IMG/VR virus record: IMGVR_UViG_3300027857_000016
Span: 1-64,000 of that record
Length of the DNA stretch: 64,000 nucleotides
DNA from: a virus
Direction: 5' to 3' (one strand)
The notes under the pieces were generated by a model that was not told the origin of the DNA, did not search any database, and saw only the letters and a list, made by a program, of their open reading frames with translations. Within the stretch, counting starts at the first letter, position 1; the number at the start of each line of letters is the position of its first letter. The translations under genes were made by a program, and so were the position numbers. This document shows, piece by piece, positions 37,801-46,148 of the stretch.

Positions 37801-38061
37801 ATCGAAGATGTGAAGGCAGGAAAGTCACAACGCGGTTTTACTACAACACTGATACCCGACCACATCCATAGGTGGATTAGCGATGAGTTGCCTCTGTGTA
37901 CGACTCCCGATGAAGTTCGCTCTGTGTTTAGCAGGGCAAAGAATATGGGTGATGAACCGCTTATCACCAGTCGTGAAGAACTAGCAAGGGGTGTTCATTC
38001 TGTGTTTAGCAAAGTGGCTCAGCGAGGGCACAATGAACTGATTACCCTGGAGTCTGAATAA
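34828..38061 (+). CDS. Portal protein with a long C-terminal extension
   Basis: PSFQQLRNLA...YGQSRVE...HFTEGNIP...AFEQAWNALL portal motifs in about the first 490 aa; then acidic, His-motif and Ala/Lys/Gln coiled-coil segments. Confidence 0.88.
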   Translation: MSRRKFRKKQMTLDRANQMALPGGAMMYVPPGGAQSTYSQTFYGSRTKNTPTGQVALFTPGSPLQPQQGINPNGQPIAYRYPFSFNTFPVDRTSQNPDIPSFQQLRNLAKLYNGVTLCERCWLDLVPRMKLKIELKPEYAALGADEKDYQADISYFLTWFESPDKMHDLHSWLRMCLREQTQIDELYIYKRKKRGGGLHALELVAGDQVKPLLDDWGKIPQPPDFAYQQYPWGIPGAWFRSDEMIHYQESPAADNPYGQSRVERIIMLVNQGLRKQKKDLSHFTEGNIPSGMMLVPDDATWTPDQIDAFEQAWNALLAGNAQQQVRMRFTQPGMKYQPFEQYGLDPTFDKFILNIAVSAYGMSMQDLAFTEDIHKSSGDSQQNVTYRRTIDPLAVVYASFLTQSMNTDFPPEYHGEMFQASFGGYDEEEDVSELAGAYSTLVTSGILGITNAGKLLKLPDDPNAPYIGRILVTKDGPVFLDDMASDKMRNAQMQAQMAGYKQASSPQQPAQNQQKTGEEEQQSKENEQKTPENEPADQTASTTPQNSDEHESEQETETPEETAEHENEISTLLKQDTSEPFTQLERMIDVFERHEPGGHDHDQKTHGDFAHPGYGAKHDKTPANQEAMQAEAKAQPAIQAADKAVQAAQAKVNQAEVALAGAATPAAKAQARAALDQARTDLRKAKDALLMEKAKAKDAATAERAKAKQEAQKLAAEKKAAAAKLHAQKMKAHLQKQAQAASAKAARMQATAQHKAQIAAGRAAKSAAKSGKAQAHAQLQAAKQQQKAAKVLASLVNTLGAKATLYNALAGRKLSKTWNAQDSQDASAIASDFHALIEMVNSHANEGNAKALVQQLTQSVSKLQGQKGITSARSAALDKLIARIQSQLALNRSVGDDNSDEWLYDDPEEDERFDDEEIDEEAGIEERRYTIGELLHLLQEQMQAKATDQRDGTDLEQPIKARSVDTGNGNTKHATSSNDETSDYKRWRGRAIEDVKAGKSQRGFTTTLIPDHIHRWISDELPLCTTPDEVRSVFSRAKNMGDEPLITSREELARGVHSVFSKVAQRGHNELITLESE

Positions 38062-38747
38062 TGCATGCCAGTCTCATTGACCACATTGTCAAAACTTATG
38101 CCTTCACTGTTGAAGAGAAGCGGCAACTAGCCAACACACTTGCTCAAGGCTACTTGCAGGCGAAAACACAGGCATATCAGAGAGCACAATCACATGCTGG
38201 TCATATTGTGCAGATTCGTCATCCCTGGCAGGTGAGTGAGTCTGATGTAAAGAAGTCGCAACAATGGGCATTGAGTCAGGTACAGAGTATTGCAGAAACG
38301 TATGAGACACTGCTGCGCCACATGCTAGAACAACTCCCAGAGGAACGTGCTGCAGAAAATATCATTGGCAAAGTACGGGGTGTCATCTCATCCATTATTG
38401 ACTGGATCAATGGCTTTTTGCCGTGGAAGGTGAAGCAAGTCGCTGATAACACATGGAACACTGGCGACAATGATGGAACAGAGCAGTGGATAGACGATGT
38501 GCAGTCAGATGACATTGAAGGCGATACGAGCACTATTTTCTTGAAAGTAGTGCCAGAAGGAAGCAGTTCTGACTATTGTGCTGACTTCGCTGGGCGCACT
38601 TTCGCATTGGGGGATGAGATTCCTCATTTCCCTGCTCATGTTGGCTGTATTCATTCTATTGAGGTTATTACGGCTTCCGAGCGCATGGTAAATGTATCGA
38701 GAAATGTACAACCGGAACGGTTTTTAGTAGGCGTGTGGGGCGTATGA
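38061..38747 (+). CDS. MuF/SPP1 gp7-like minor head protein
   Basis: Position after portal; C...FPAHVGCIHS resembles the PxHPxCRC motif. Confidence 0.65.
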   Translation: MHASLIDHIVKTYAFTVEEKRQLANTLAQGYLQAKTQAYQRAQSHAGHIVQIRHPWQVSESDVKKSQQWALSQVQSIAETYETLLRHMLEQLPEERAAENIIGKVRGVISSIIDWINGFLPWKVKQVADNTWNTGDNDGTEQWIDDVQSDDIEGDTSTIFLKVVPEGSSSDYCADFAGRTFALGDEIPHFPAHVGCIHSIEVITASERMVNVSRNVQPERFLVGVWGV

Positions 38748-38760
38748 AAGGGAATAAACG

Positions 38761-39234
38761 ATGCCAAGTGAGTATCTTGCAGACATTATAGATCACAAAC
38801 AGCGAGTAGCCAACTACTTGCGAATTATAGCGAATGACCTCTTTAAAAGGGCAGCGGAGCATGATAATTCAAAGTTTTCCCCCGAAGAGTTCGAGGCATA
38901 TGAGAAAGCTTTTCCTGGACTCCAAAAATATGCTTATGGTACTCCTGAGTTCAAAGCAGAGTTGCGTAAGATCAAGCCAGCTATAGAACACCACTATGCG
39001 CATAATCGGCACCATCCAGAGCATTACAAAAACGGCATAAATGATATGAACCTATCAGACATGATGGAAATGGGGTGTGATTGGCTTGCAGCATCTAGTA
39101 GAAGTAAAACTGGACTTGAAAAGGGTCTTTTGATGAATAAGGAGAGATTTGGAATAGGTGACCAAATGTTTGGCATTATCCAGAGGACTATTATAGATCT
39201 CACCAAAGATGGAGAAGGTAGTAGCAGTGAGTAA
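38761..39234 (+). CDS. DUF5662-like HD-superfamily protein
   Basis: HDNSKF, HHYAHNRHHPEH, EM..DWLAAS. Confidence 0.8.
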   Translation: MPSEYLADIIDHKQRVANYLRIIANDLFKRAAEHDNSKFSPEEFEAYEKAFPGLQKYAYGTPEFKAELRKIKPAIEHHYAHNRHHPEHYKNGINDMNLSDMMEMGCDWLAASSRSKTGLEKGLLMNKERFGIGDQMFGIIQRTIIDLTKDGEGSSSE

Positions 39235-39340
39235 ACTTGTTCTAGTGACTGATTTAGGGTATAATAAGCACATAAATATTGTTGTGTCAGGCGCTACTTG
39301 CGATAGCCCTGACCGGATACGTCTGATAAGGAGACATATC

Positions 39341-39988
39341 GTGGATAGTTTACATCATCCTGCCCATTTTCAGCAAGCCTCTTCCTTTATCGATCCTCTT
39401 CAAGGCGCACAAGCAATCTCACAAGAAGAACGGTGGCTGCCCGTTGTAGGTTACGAAGGTTACTGTGAGATAAGTAATCTTGGCAATGTTCGTAGCCTTG
39501 GGCGTGTAGTGGAAAGACCTGTACGCGGAAATTACATCAAGCGTAACCGTACTCTCAAGCCACATCTAACGCCAAAGGGTTATGCCCGTATCCAGTTAAG
39601 CCGTGATGGAGTGTTGAAAAGTCATATGGTTCATAGACTTGTAGCCCAAGCCTTCATTCCCAATCCCTACGAATTGCCTGAAGTCAATCATAAAAATGGC
39701 ATAAAGGTAGACAATCGGGTAGAAAATCTGGAATGGATAACATCTGCAGCAAACCAGGAACATGCCTACGAGATAGGACTAAGAGATCCTGTAACTAAAT
39801 ATATTATCCATTGTAAAGAACTAGATATAACCACTAAAGGGACTACTAAGATGGCTGAAGCCCTTAGAGAGCGGGGTTATGTCACTGCTAACCCTGGTGC
39901 CATTTGGAATTGCATTTTTGGAACGAGTGCAACCCATTTAGGCTTGACTTTTACAGGTTCAAGGCTAGTAACCAACAGAGTTTCATGA
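39341..39988 (+). CDS. NUMOD4-HNH homing endonuclease
   Basis: ERWLPVVGYEGYCEISNLGNVRS; VHRLVA..F..VNHKNGIKVDNRVENLEW; GTG start after AAGGAG. Confidence 0.92.
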   Translation: MDSLHHPAHFQQASSFIDPLQGAQAISQEERWLPVVGYEGYCEISNLGNVRSLGRVVERPVRGNYIKRNRTLKPHLTPKGYARIQLSRDGVLKSHMVHRLVAQAFIPNPYELPEVNHKNGIKVDNRVENLEWITSAANQEHAYEIGLRDPVTKYIIHCKELDITTKGTTKMAEALRERGYVTANPGAIWNCIFGTSATHLGLTFTGSRLVTNRVS

Positions 39989-40187
39989 AAATGGGGTTGA
40001 GGATATGACGCTCCCGCAGATTATTGAGATGTCTTGTGCTGACTGGCTCGCAGCTTCTGAGCGAAGCCAGATCGATCTCTCAAAAGGTCTTGAGATGAAC
40101 AAAGAGCGGTATCACATTGATGATCAACTGTTTCGGATTATCAAGAATACCATTAAGCAGTACGCACCAGAGAAAGATCTCGACTAA
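39975..40187 (+). pseudogene. Displaced duplicate 3' half of the DUF5662-like gene
   Basis: EFHENGVEDMTLPQIIEMSCADWLAASERSQIDLSKGLEMNKERY aligns with EHYKNGINDMNLSDMMEMGCDWLAASSRSKTGLEKGLLMNKERF. Confidence 0.8.
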
Positions 40188-40203
40188 ACAGGAGACAGAT
40201 ATC

Positions 40204-40530
40204 ATGCGAACGTTTTTGCTCATGCGCTATGATAACCCATCGGCTCCCAGTTTCTTGGATGTAGAAGTGGCTGCTGAAGGAGTTATTTTTACCGAGAAGG
40301 TTGTGCTTTATCACCTCCATGATGAATCTATCACCATTTATGACTCAGTGGATGTCCTCAAAGGGACGTGGGTGGACGATGGCACACATTTCATCCAGTT
40401 CAAGGAGGGTATACCACTTCATGCCGTAGAGCGACATTTTACTCTGGCAGAGCAACAAGAGATTGTTCAGATCGTGGAGAAACACCTGAGACAACAATTA
40501 CGGTTACGTGGAAATACCTTGATGAAATGA
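40204..40530 (+). CDS. Hypothetical phage protein (AEG-motif family)
   Basis: MRTFLL.R...AAEGVIF; AGGAG RBS. Confidence 0.65.
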   Translation: MRTFLLMRYDNPSAPSFLDVEVAAEGVIFTEKVVLYHLHDESITIYDSVDVLKGTWVDDGTHFIQFKEGIPLHAVERHFTLAEQQEIVQIVEKHLRQQLRLRGNTLMK

Positions 40531-40539
40531 GGGAAGTGG

Positions 40540-40788
40540 ATGGTGGAGCCGCCAATGGATCTACGTGTGTCAGTTGAGGGACCAGAATATCAGAAGGTGG
40601 TACATGGTGTGGGTCAACATGGCAACGGTGCCTGGTTTACGTTGACTGTTGCTGTTCCTGGCTGGACTGGTGACATCCCCTATTCCATGCTCACGGATGT
40701 TCTTTTTAGCAGGCAGAGAGGGTCCCGGCATAGATTGCGCAAACGACCTGAGCGCATGAAGAAGAGGTGGAGGAGGGATATGCGATGA
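40540..40788 (+). CDS. Hypothetical protein
   Basis: RBS; basic tail. Confidence 0.5.
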   Translation: MVEPPMDLRVSVEGPEYQKVVHGVGQHGNGAWFTLTVAVPGWTGDIPYSMLTDVLFSRQRGSRHRLRKRPERMKKRWRRDMR

Positions 40789-40994
40789 AAGAGTTACCAG
40801 TTACGCAAACTGATACCCAACAGATCCCAATTCGATGTGAGACCACAGGCCGATTAGTAGCACGGGCAGATGAGCATGGCGTCTATTTCTTTTGTCGGCA
40901 ACACAATACTCAACATCTGATGTCATGGACTGCATTGGAAAGATTAAGAGAAGATATTCGGTTGGGAGAAGTGAAGCCGAAGCAGATGGTGTGA
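40785..40994 (+). CDS. Small Com-like zinc-ribbon protein
   Basis: IRCETTGRLVAR.....FFCRQHN resembles Mu Com; GGAGG RBS. Confidence 0.5.
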   Translation: MKELPVTQTDTQQIPIRCETTGRLVARADEHGVYFFCRQHNTQHLMSWTALERLREDIRLGEVKPKQMV

Positions 40995-41121
40995 GAGAAT
41001 ATCAGCGTCATAAATTGCCTTTTCAGGCGAATTCATGGTATAATGAGATTGGTTGATTGAGTTGTTGCCCTTGCGGTGATGGAAACACCCAAGGGCGTGA
41101 TAGCAAGGAGTGACCCTTACT

Positions 41122-42237
41122 ATGGATAGCACTATACCAGAAGGTTTTAAACGATGCAACAAATGTGATCTAGTGAAGCCGCTAGATGAGTTTTATACGA
41201 TGAAGAGGCCGAATGGGATAAGGAGTCCAAAGTACATATGTAAAGAGTGTGAGAATGTAGGATCTCAAAGCCGCTTCAAGCAAAAGAAAGTACAAGCAAA
41301 CAAAAAGTGCGCCTATCCACCCTGTGATACTATCATTGTGCCTTCCGCAACTTATTGCTCTGCTCACTTCCGGTTAAACCCTGAAGAGGTTGAGCGACGT
41401 GCTTCTAAATTCCCTCCTAAATCCACCTGCATTTTTCCTGGTTGTGGCAAACTAATCTCTCGCGGAGCATCATATTGTCATTATCACTATAATCGACGTG
41501 AACGATCCCACGTCACTAAATCTAAGATGTCTATGTCTGCTAAGAGACGAGCTAATACTCCAGAAGGCAGGGCAAGAATGTCTCAAGCTGCCAGCCTTGG
41601 AGGGAAAACATGGAAGGGACGGCACCACACACAGGAAACAAGAGATAAGATACGTGGAAAGCGTGCAATGCAAATTCTTTCTCGTGAAAGTCTGGAGAAG
41701 ACGTGGAGTAAAACGCGAGGTCGACCTGGCAATCGTGGCGGTATCCCCCATACAGAGGAAGTAAAGGCGAGGATCTCAACAACCCTACAGTCTAAGCGAG
41801 AGCACTTATCGCGGAAGGGTAGAGAGCGTTATGAACGTGAGACAGAGGAGCAACGGGAAAAACGACTTAATCACTGGATACAGGCTGGACAAGAGAGTAT
41901 AGCTAAGATTTTTAGTGGTACTACCATCGAAATGTTTATTGCTCAGCAACTCGACACTCTAGGTATTGAGTATGAAATGCAAAAGAAGATTGGTTACTAT
42001 ATTGCTGACTTTTGTATTCCTTCTCATATGATAGTGATAGAAGCAATGGGATGTTTCTGGCATGGGTGTGAGCAGTGTGGATATAATGAACCTTGGCATA
42101 TACTCAAGCGAGAGAAGGAGAAAGTGCGAACCGAAAGGATAGTGAAGAAGGGATATTCTGTTGTAGCCCTTTGGGAACACGAGATTCGTCGAGCAATGCA
42201 AGATAGCGGCTATATCTTGCAATTAGGAATTGAATAG
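41122..42237 (+). CDS. Free-standing endonuclease: zinc fingers, NUMOD3, Vsr/DUF559-like nuclease
   Basis: KRCNKC..KPLDEFY; HTQETRDKI and HTEEVKARIS; YIADF...IEAMGCFWH...LWEHE. Confidence 0.85.
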   Translation: MDSTIPEGFKRCNKCDLVKPLDEFYTMKRPNGIRSPKYICKECENVGSQSRFKQKKVQANKKCAYPPCDTIIVPSATYCSAHFRLNPEEVERRASKFPPKSTCIFPGCGKLISRGASYCHYHYNRRERSHVTKSKMSMSAKRRANTPEGRARMSQAASLGGKTWKGRHHTQETRDKIRGKRAMQILSRESLEKTWSKTRGRPGNRGGIPHTEEVKARISTTLQSKREHLSRKGRERYERETEEQREKRLNHWIQAGQESIAKIFSGTTIEMFIAQQLDTLGIEYEMQKKIGYYIADFCIPSHMIVIEAMGCFWHGCEQCGYNEPWHILKREKEKVRTERIVKKGYSVVALWEHEIRRAMQDSGYILQLGIE

Positions 42238-42331
42238 GCTATACTCTAAAGTAACAAAATATAATTGATGAAGAGCCATAGCGTAAGACGCATAGGCCGT
42301 CCATTTCAAATTGAAGGGACGGCCCCTTTTT

Positions 42332-44185
42332 ATGGCAATAGACCTCTCCTCACAGACAATAGACGTTTGGCCTGAAGGTGCTGAAGAGCAGGGAATTGCT
42401 CGTTCCATGACCATGGACGAGCGCAATAAAGTTGATGACTCAGACTTTGCGTGGCCCGACGCCCCCGACCATCCAAAGTACCCCGTTCACGACCAGGCTC
42501 ATCTGGATGCTGCTGCAAAATTGATAGGACGTGCCCCTGCTGACAAACAGGACGAAATCAAAGCGCGTGCCAAAAGAATCGCTAAGCGTAAGGGTCTCAA
42601 ACTTCCTGATAGCTGGGAAGAGGGCAGCGCAAAAGACGATAGCACCAAAGATCGTGCCGTTGGAACGGAAGCGTCCTCTCCCAACATCCAGGTCACGATT
42701 GACGGAGCCATGCTTGCTGCCACCACTACGAGTACCAACGTTATTGCCGATATCACCCTCCACCGAGCAGCTGGAATGAATCACGATCCCTTCACGGGTA
42801 CACACAGTCATGCGCACCCAGCATTTGGCAGTCAAGGGGACGACGAGATGCATGAACATGAGCATAGCCACGATGGAGATGCTGACCACAAGCATAGTCA
42901 TGCCCACACGTCGGATGAAAAGAAGGATCGCTCTGTGGGTTCCATCGTTCAGGTGAGTGACCGTCATGTGATGTCTCTGCCTCTTGTGCGTATCGATGCA
43001 GCAAAACGGGAGGTCTGGGGGCAGGCAACGGCTGAAGTCCCTGACAGTTATGGGACGATCTTTGGATACTATCCCGAAGCCTGGACGCAGTGGCGAGGCA
43101 ATATCAGGGAGCAGCATGATCCCAAGAAGGCGGTAGGCAAGCGTGTTGATCTTGATTGTAATGATCAGGAACGCGCTGTTTATGTGGGATCTCGTGTGAG
43201 CCGTGGAGCGCAAGACACCTGGCTCAAGGTAGAGGACAACGTGCTGACAGGGTATAGCGCCTCCATTATCCCCGATGCTGAGTATGGCAATGACCCACGA
43301 CGCTGGCCAAAGAAAGAATACAACGGAAAAGAATATCCCTACCTCCCCCGCTATACCGTTGCTGAGTTATCCCTCGTTGATAATCCAGCCTGTCCTGGCT
43401 GCAATATCCAGATTGTGCGAGCTGATGGTTTTGCTACCGATGTTCTTGACCTGACTGAAGAAGAACCAGAGCAACCCAAACCAGTAGAGCGAGCAGGGGC
43501 CAGAGTCTCTGGCGCAACACGCGTCTCGAATCACAAATCCATTGGACATACCCTTCGAGCAGCTATCTCACAAATGCAGAACTGTGGGGGTGACTGCCCT
43601 CAGTGTACTGCTGCTATGAAAATCATTGATCCTGATGGGGATGGCGATATCGATCTTGGAGGCTATGACGACTCTGATGGTGACTGGCAATCGCTCTACA
43701 ATGGCAAACAAGAGGACATGGAGCGCGTGGTCACTGAACTCATCGAACGCTCACTCCAACCCGTCTATGCGCGATTTCAGGGCATTGCAGGCACCCTTGC
43801 TCGCAATAATGCTCTTCCAACGAATATTGATTCTCTGATTTCATCCTCCATCTCACGCGCATTTGAAGCGATTGACGCCAAGCTTACGGCGCTTCCGACA
43901 GAGGCAAGCCTCGCTGAAGTACGCGCTGAATTGTCAGCGGTAAAAGAGCGGGTTGTCCAGATTGCAGAGCAGCCGATGCCAGGGGGGCCGATTCTCAATG
44001 CAGGCGTGATGCCACGGGCGATTGAAAAGCAACTCCCAACTGATCCTCCCTACGCACCACCACGACCATCGATGGGGTCGGTGTATGACGCGATTGCAAC
44101 GATGTCACGGCAGGGTCAGCTCGATACCGAAGATAAACAAGTTGATGCAATGTACGCTGGCCTGCTGGCACAGCGCAGGAGATAG
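42332..44185 (+). CDS. Prohead protease/scaffold fusion
   Basis: N-terminal DFA.P...KYPVHD.AH (DUF6582-like); His-rich tract; IREQH..KAVGK, LTGYSAS, ELSLVDNPACP protease motifs; C-terminal coiled coil. Confidence 0.85.
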   Translation: MAIDLSSQTIDVWPEGAEEQGIARSMTMDERNKVDDSDFAWPDAPDHPKYPVHDQAHLDAAAKLIGRAPADKQDEIKARAKRIAKRKGLKLPDSWEEGSAKDDSTKDRAVGTEASSPNIQVTIDGAMLAATTTSTNVIADITLHRAAGMNHDPFTGTHSHAHPAFGSQGDDEMHEHEHSHDGDADHKHSHAHTSDEKKDRSVGSIVQVSDRHVMSLPLVRIDAAKREVWGQATAEVPDSYGTIFGYYPEAWTQWRGNIREQHDPKKAVGKRVDLDCNDQERAVYVGSRVSRGAQDTWLKVEDNVLTGYSASIIPDAEYGNDPRRWPKKEYNGKEYPYLPRYTVAELSLVDNPACPGCNIQIVRADGFATDVLDLTEEEPEQPKPVERAGARVSGATRVSNHKSIGHTLRAAISQMQNCGGDCPQCTAAMKIIDPDGDGDIDLGGYDDSDGDWQSLYNGKQEDMERVVTELIERSLQPVYARFQGIAGTLARNNALPTNIDSLISSSISRAFEAIDAKLTALPTEASLAEVRAELSAVKERVVQIAEQPMPGGPILNAGVMPRAIEKQLPTDPPYAPPRPSMGSVYDAIATMSRQGQLDTEDKQVDAMYAGLLAQRRR

Positions 44186-44187
44186 AC

Positions 44188-45963
44188 ATGACTGTAACGG
44201 ATAACGTCATACAGGGTCAATTGCCACCAGGCGCACAAAAGAGCGTTGGCGATAGTAAACATGCCGCTGGTGTGATTGATGAGTCCTTGTATACCGAAAC
44301 CGATGTGCTTGCTAATCAGGCTCGCATGATGGCACGTGCTCGCAATGGCATCGCGTATGAAAACGGAGACGAATTTTCAGACCGCTTCGTGAGGGATGTG
44401 CGCGGGATGAACATGCCAAAACAATACGTTCATCAACGATTGAGCCAGGATACCATCAACGCTCTTCAGACTGGCAGCCAACAGCGCGATCAGCAGTATA
44501 TCGGGAATAACGCCGATTGGACCGGGTACTATCTGGAGCCATTGGCGAAATTTATTGTGCCGTATGACACTCCAGTGCGCAATATGCTGCCACGCTCACC
44601 AAGTGTAGGCATCGATGTCGAGAACTGGCGTGCCATCACGGATGTGTTTGGCGGTACTGGCCCAACGGTCGGACAGTTCATCCTCGCACAGCAGACCGCA
44701 CCACAGAAGGCATCATATACCTGGGCGAATAAAAGCAATGTCCTGCGTCAACTTGCCTTCTCCGACGTGGTGACCTTTGAGTCTGAGTTGTTTGGTCGGA
44801 TGTTCGAGCCGGATGTTCGAGCCAAGGTTGCTAGTAAACTTGCCCCGTCGCTTATGCTTGGGCAAGAGGTCTGGTACTTAAACGCCGCGCAGAACCTGTG
44901 GAATCCACCGCCTCCAAATACGCCAACCACAGCAACAACAGGTGGAACCGTTGCCGCTGCTACCTATTGGATCATCACAACCGCCGTGAATGCACAGGGC
45001 GAGACGTTGGCATACTCATTGCCACCAGCTTCTTCTTCTGTCCCATTCGCTATCTCTCAGACTACCTCTGGGAGTACCAGCACACTCTCATTCAATATCA
45101 TGAGGGTCCCGAACGCGGTCAGTTACAACGTCTATGTCGGATCTGGTTCAACACAACCTGCAAACTCTGCAATGTGGCGACAGTCAGCAACCACCCAGTT
45201 TGGCGGTTCGACTGCCCTCAATGATCCCGGCGGACTAGCCAGTGGGTACTTCAACGTCACGATGAGTGCAGCGCCTGCCACTTCTGGTACAGCATACTCA
45301 ACGGTGGTGACCGCAGGCAATACGGCGGTTGCCTATACTTCTGGTGGTGGTGGCACTCCAGCCAACCAGACACTGACCTTTGATGGCATCCAGTCACTCA
45401 CCTACCTCAATGCGGGCACACTTTCAACCGTTGGTGTTGGTGGCGAGACAGCAACAGTCAGACGCGTATCAGATACAGGTGGCGCTCTCGCTAAGACGGA
45501 TATTGACGGGTGGCTAGAGGCCATGTACCTCAATGCCCGTGCCAACCCTGAATGCCTCCTTGTCTCCGTGAAAGATCACAAGGCCCTCAGCAATATCATC
45601 ACCACATCCACCAATTATCGCGTCAACGTCCAGCCCACCGGGCCGTCTCAGACCGATTTGGTCGGAGGAGGCCGTGCGACGAAATGGATCAATCAGACGA
45701 CAGGACGAGTAATGGACATCATTATGACTCCGTATCTGATGCAAGGGACGATTTTGGCTCTTTCGCTTACCCTTCCTTTCCAGGTAGCAGAAATTGATAA
45801 ACCGCCATTACGGGTATCTGTGAACAGAGATATGTGGGCAATGGAATATCCACCTGACCAGTCTCACACTACACAATGGCTCTATAGCTGTTTTTCAAGC
45901 GAGACAGTTGTAAACCAATTTTTGGGCGGTGCTGGAGCGCTCGTAGGCTTAGTGACTGCTTAA
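44188..45963 (+). CDS. Major capsid protein with a Thr/Ser-rich inserted domain
   Basis: Follows the protease; YDTPVRNMLPR, FDGI motifs; FN3/Ig-like insert (TYW..TAVN..GET...SYNVYVG). Confidence 0.85.
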   Translation: MTVTDNVIQGQLPPGAQKSVGDSKHAAGVIDESLYTETDVLANQARMMARARNGIAYENGDEFSDRFVRDVRGMNMPKQYVHQRLSQDTINALQTGSQQRDQQYIGNNADWTGYYLEPLAKFIVPYDTPVRNMLPRSPSVGIDVENWRAITDVFGGTGPTVGQFILAQQTAPQKASYTWANKSNVLRQLAFSDVVTFESELFGRMFEPDVRAKVASKLAPSLMLGQEVWYLNAAQNLWNPPPPNTPTTATTGGTVAAATYWIITTAVNAQGETLAYSLPPASSSVPFAISQTTSGSTSTLSFNIMRVPNAVSYNVYVGSGSTQPANSAMWRQSATTQFGGSTALNDPGGLASGYFNVTMSAAPATSGTAYSTVVTAGNTAVAYTSGGGGTPANQTLTFDGIQSLTYLNAGTLSTVGVGGETATVRRVSDTGGALAKTDIDGWLEAMYLNARANPECLLVSVKDHKALSNIITTSTNYRVNVQPTGPSQTDLVGGGRATKWINQTTGRVMDIIMTPYLMQGTILALSLTLPFQVAEIDKPPLRVSVNRDMWAMEYPPDQSHTTQWLYSCFSSETVVNQFLGGAGALVGLVTA

Positions 45964-46047
45964 ATAAATAGTGTATCTATTAGTCCGATCTGGCTCAAGA
46001 AGCCGGTTTATCGGTTGACCTTAACAACAAAATAGAGTACAATGCAT

Positions 46048-46126
46048 GTGGTTGTCTAGGGACGGATTGATCATCCGTTCCGAAGAAGCGTTACCTTGAC
46101 GCTCTGGCAACCACCACGATCAAGGT
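46048..46126 (+). ncRNA. c4-like three-way-junction leader RNA
   Basis: GTGGTTGTC/GGCAACCAC closing stem, two inner hairpins, loop ACCTTGA complementary to TCAAGGT at 46120; TTGACC-17-TACAAT promoter. Confidence 0.6.
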
Positions 46127-46148
46127 TAAACTTAAGGAGTTTAGAACT

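Noticed and set aside
39020-39985. Group I intron containing the HNH gene
   Set aside because: The upstream gene is already complete with its own stop, and I see no P7/catalytic core or room for one. Gene-end replacement fits better.
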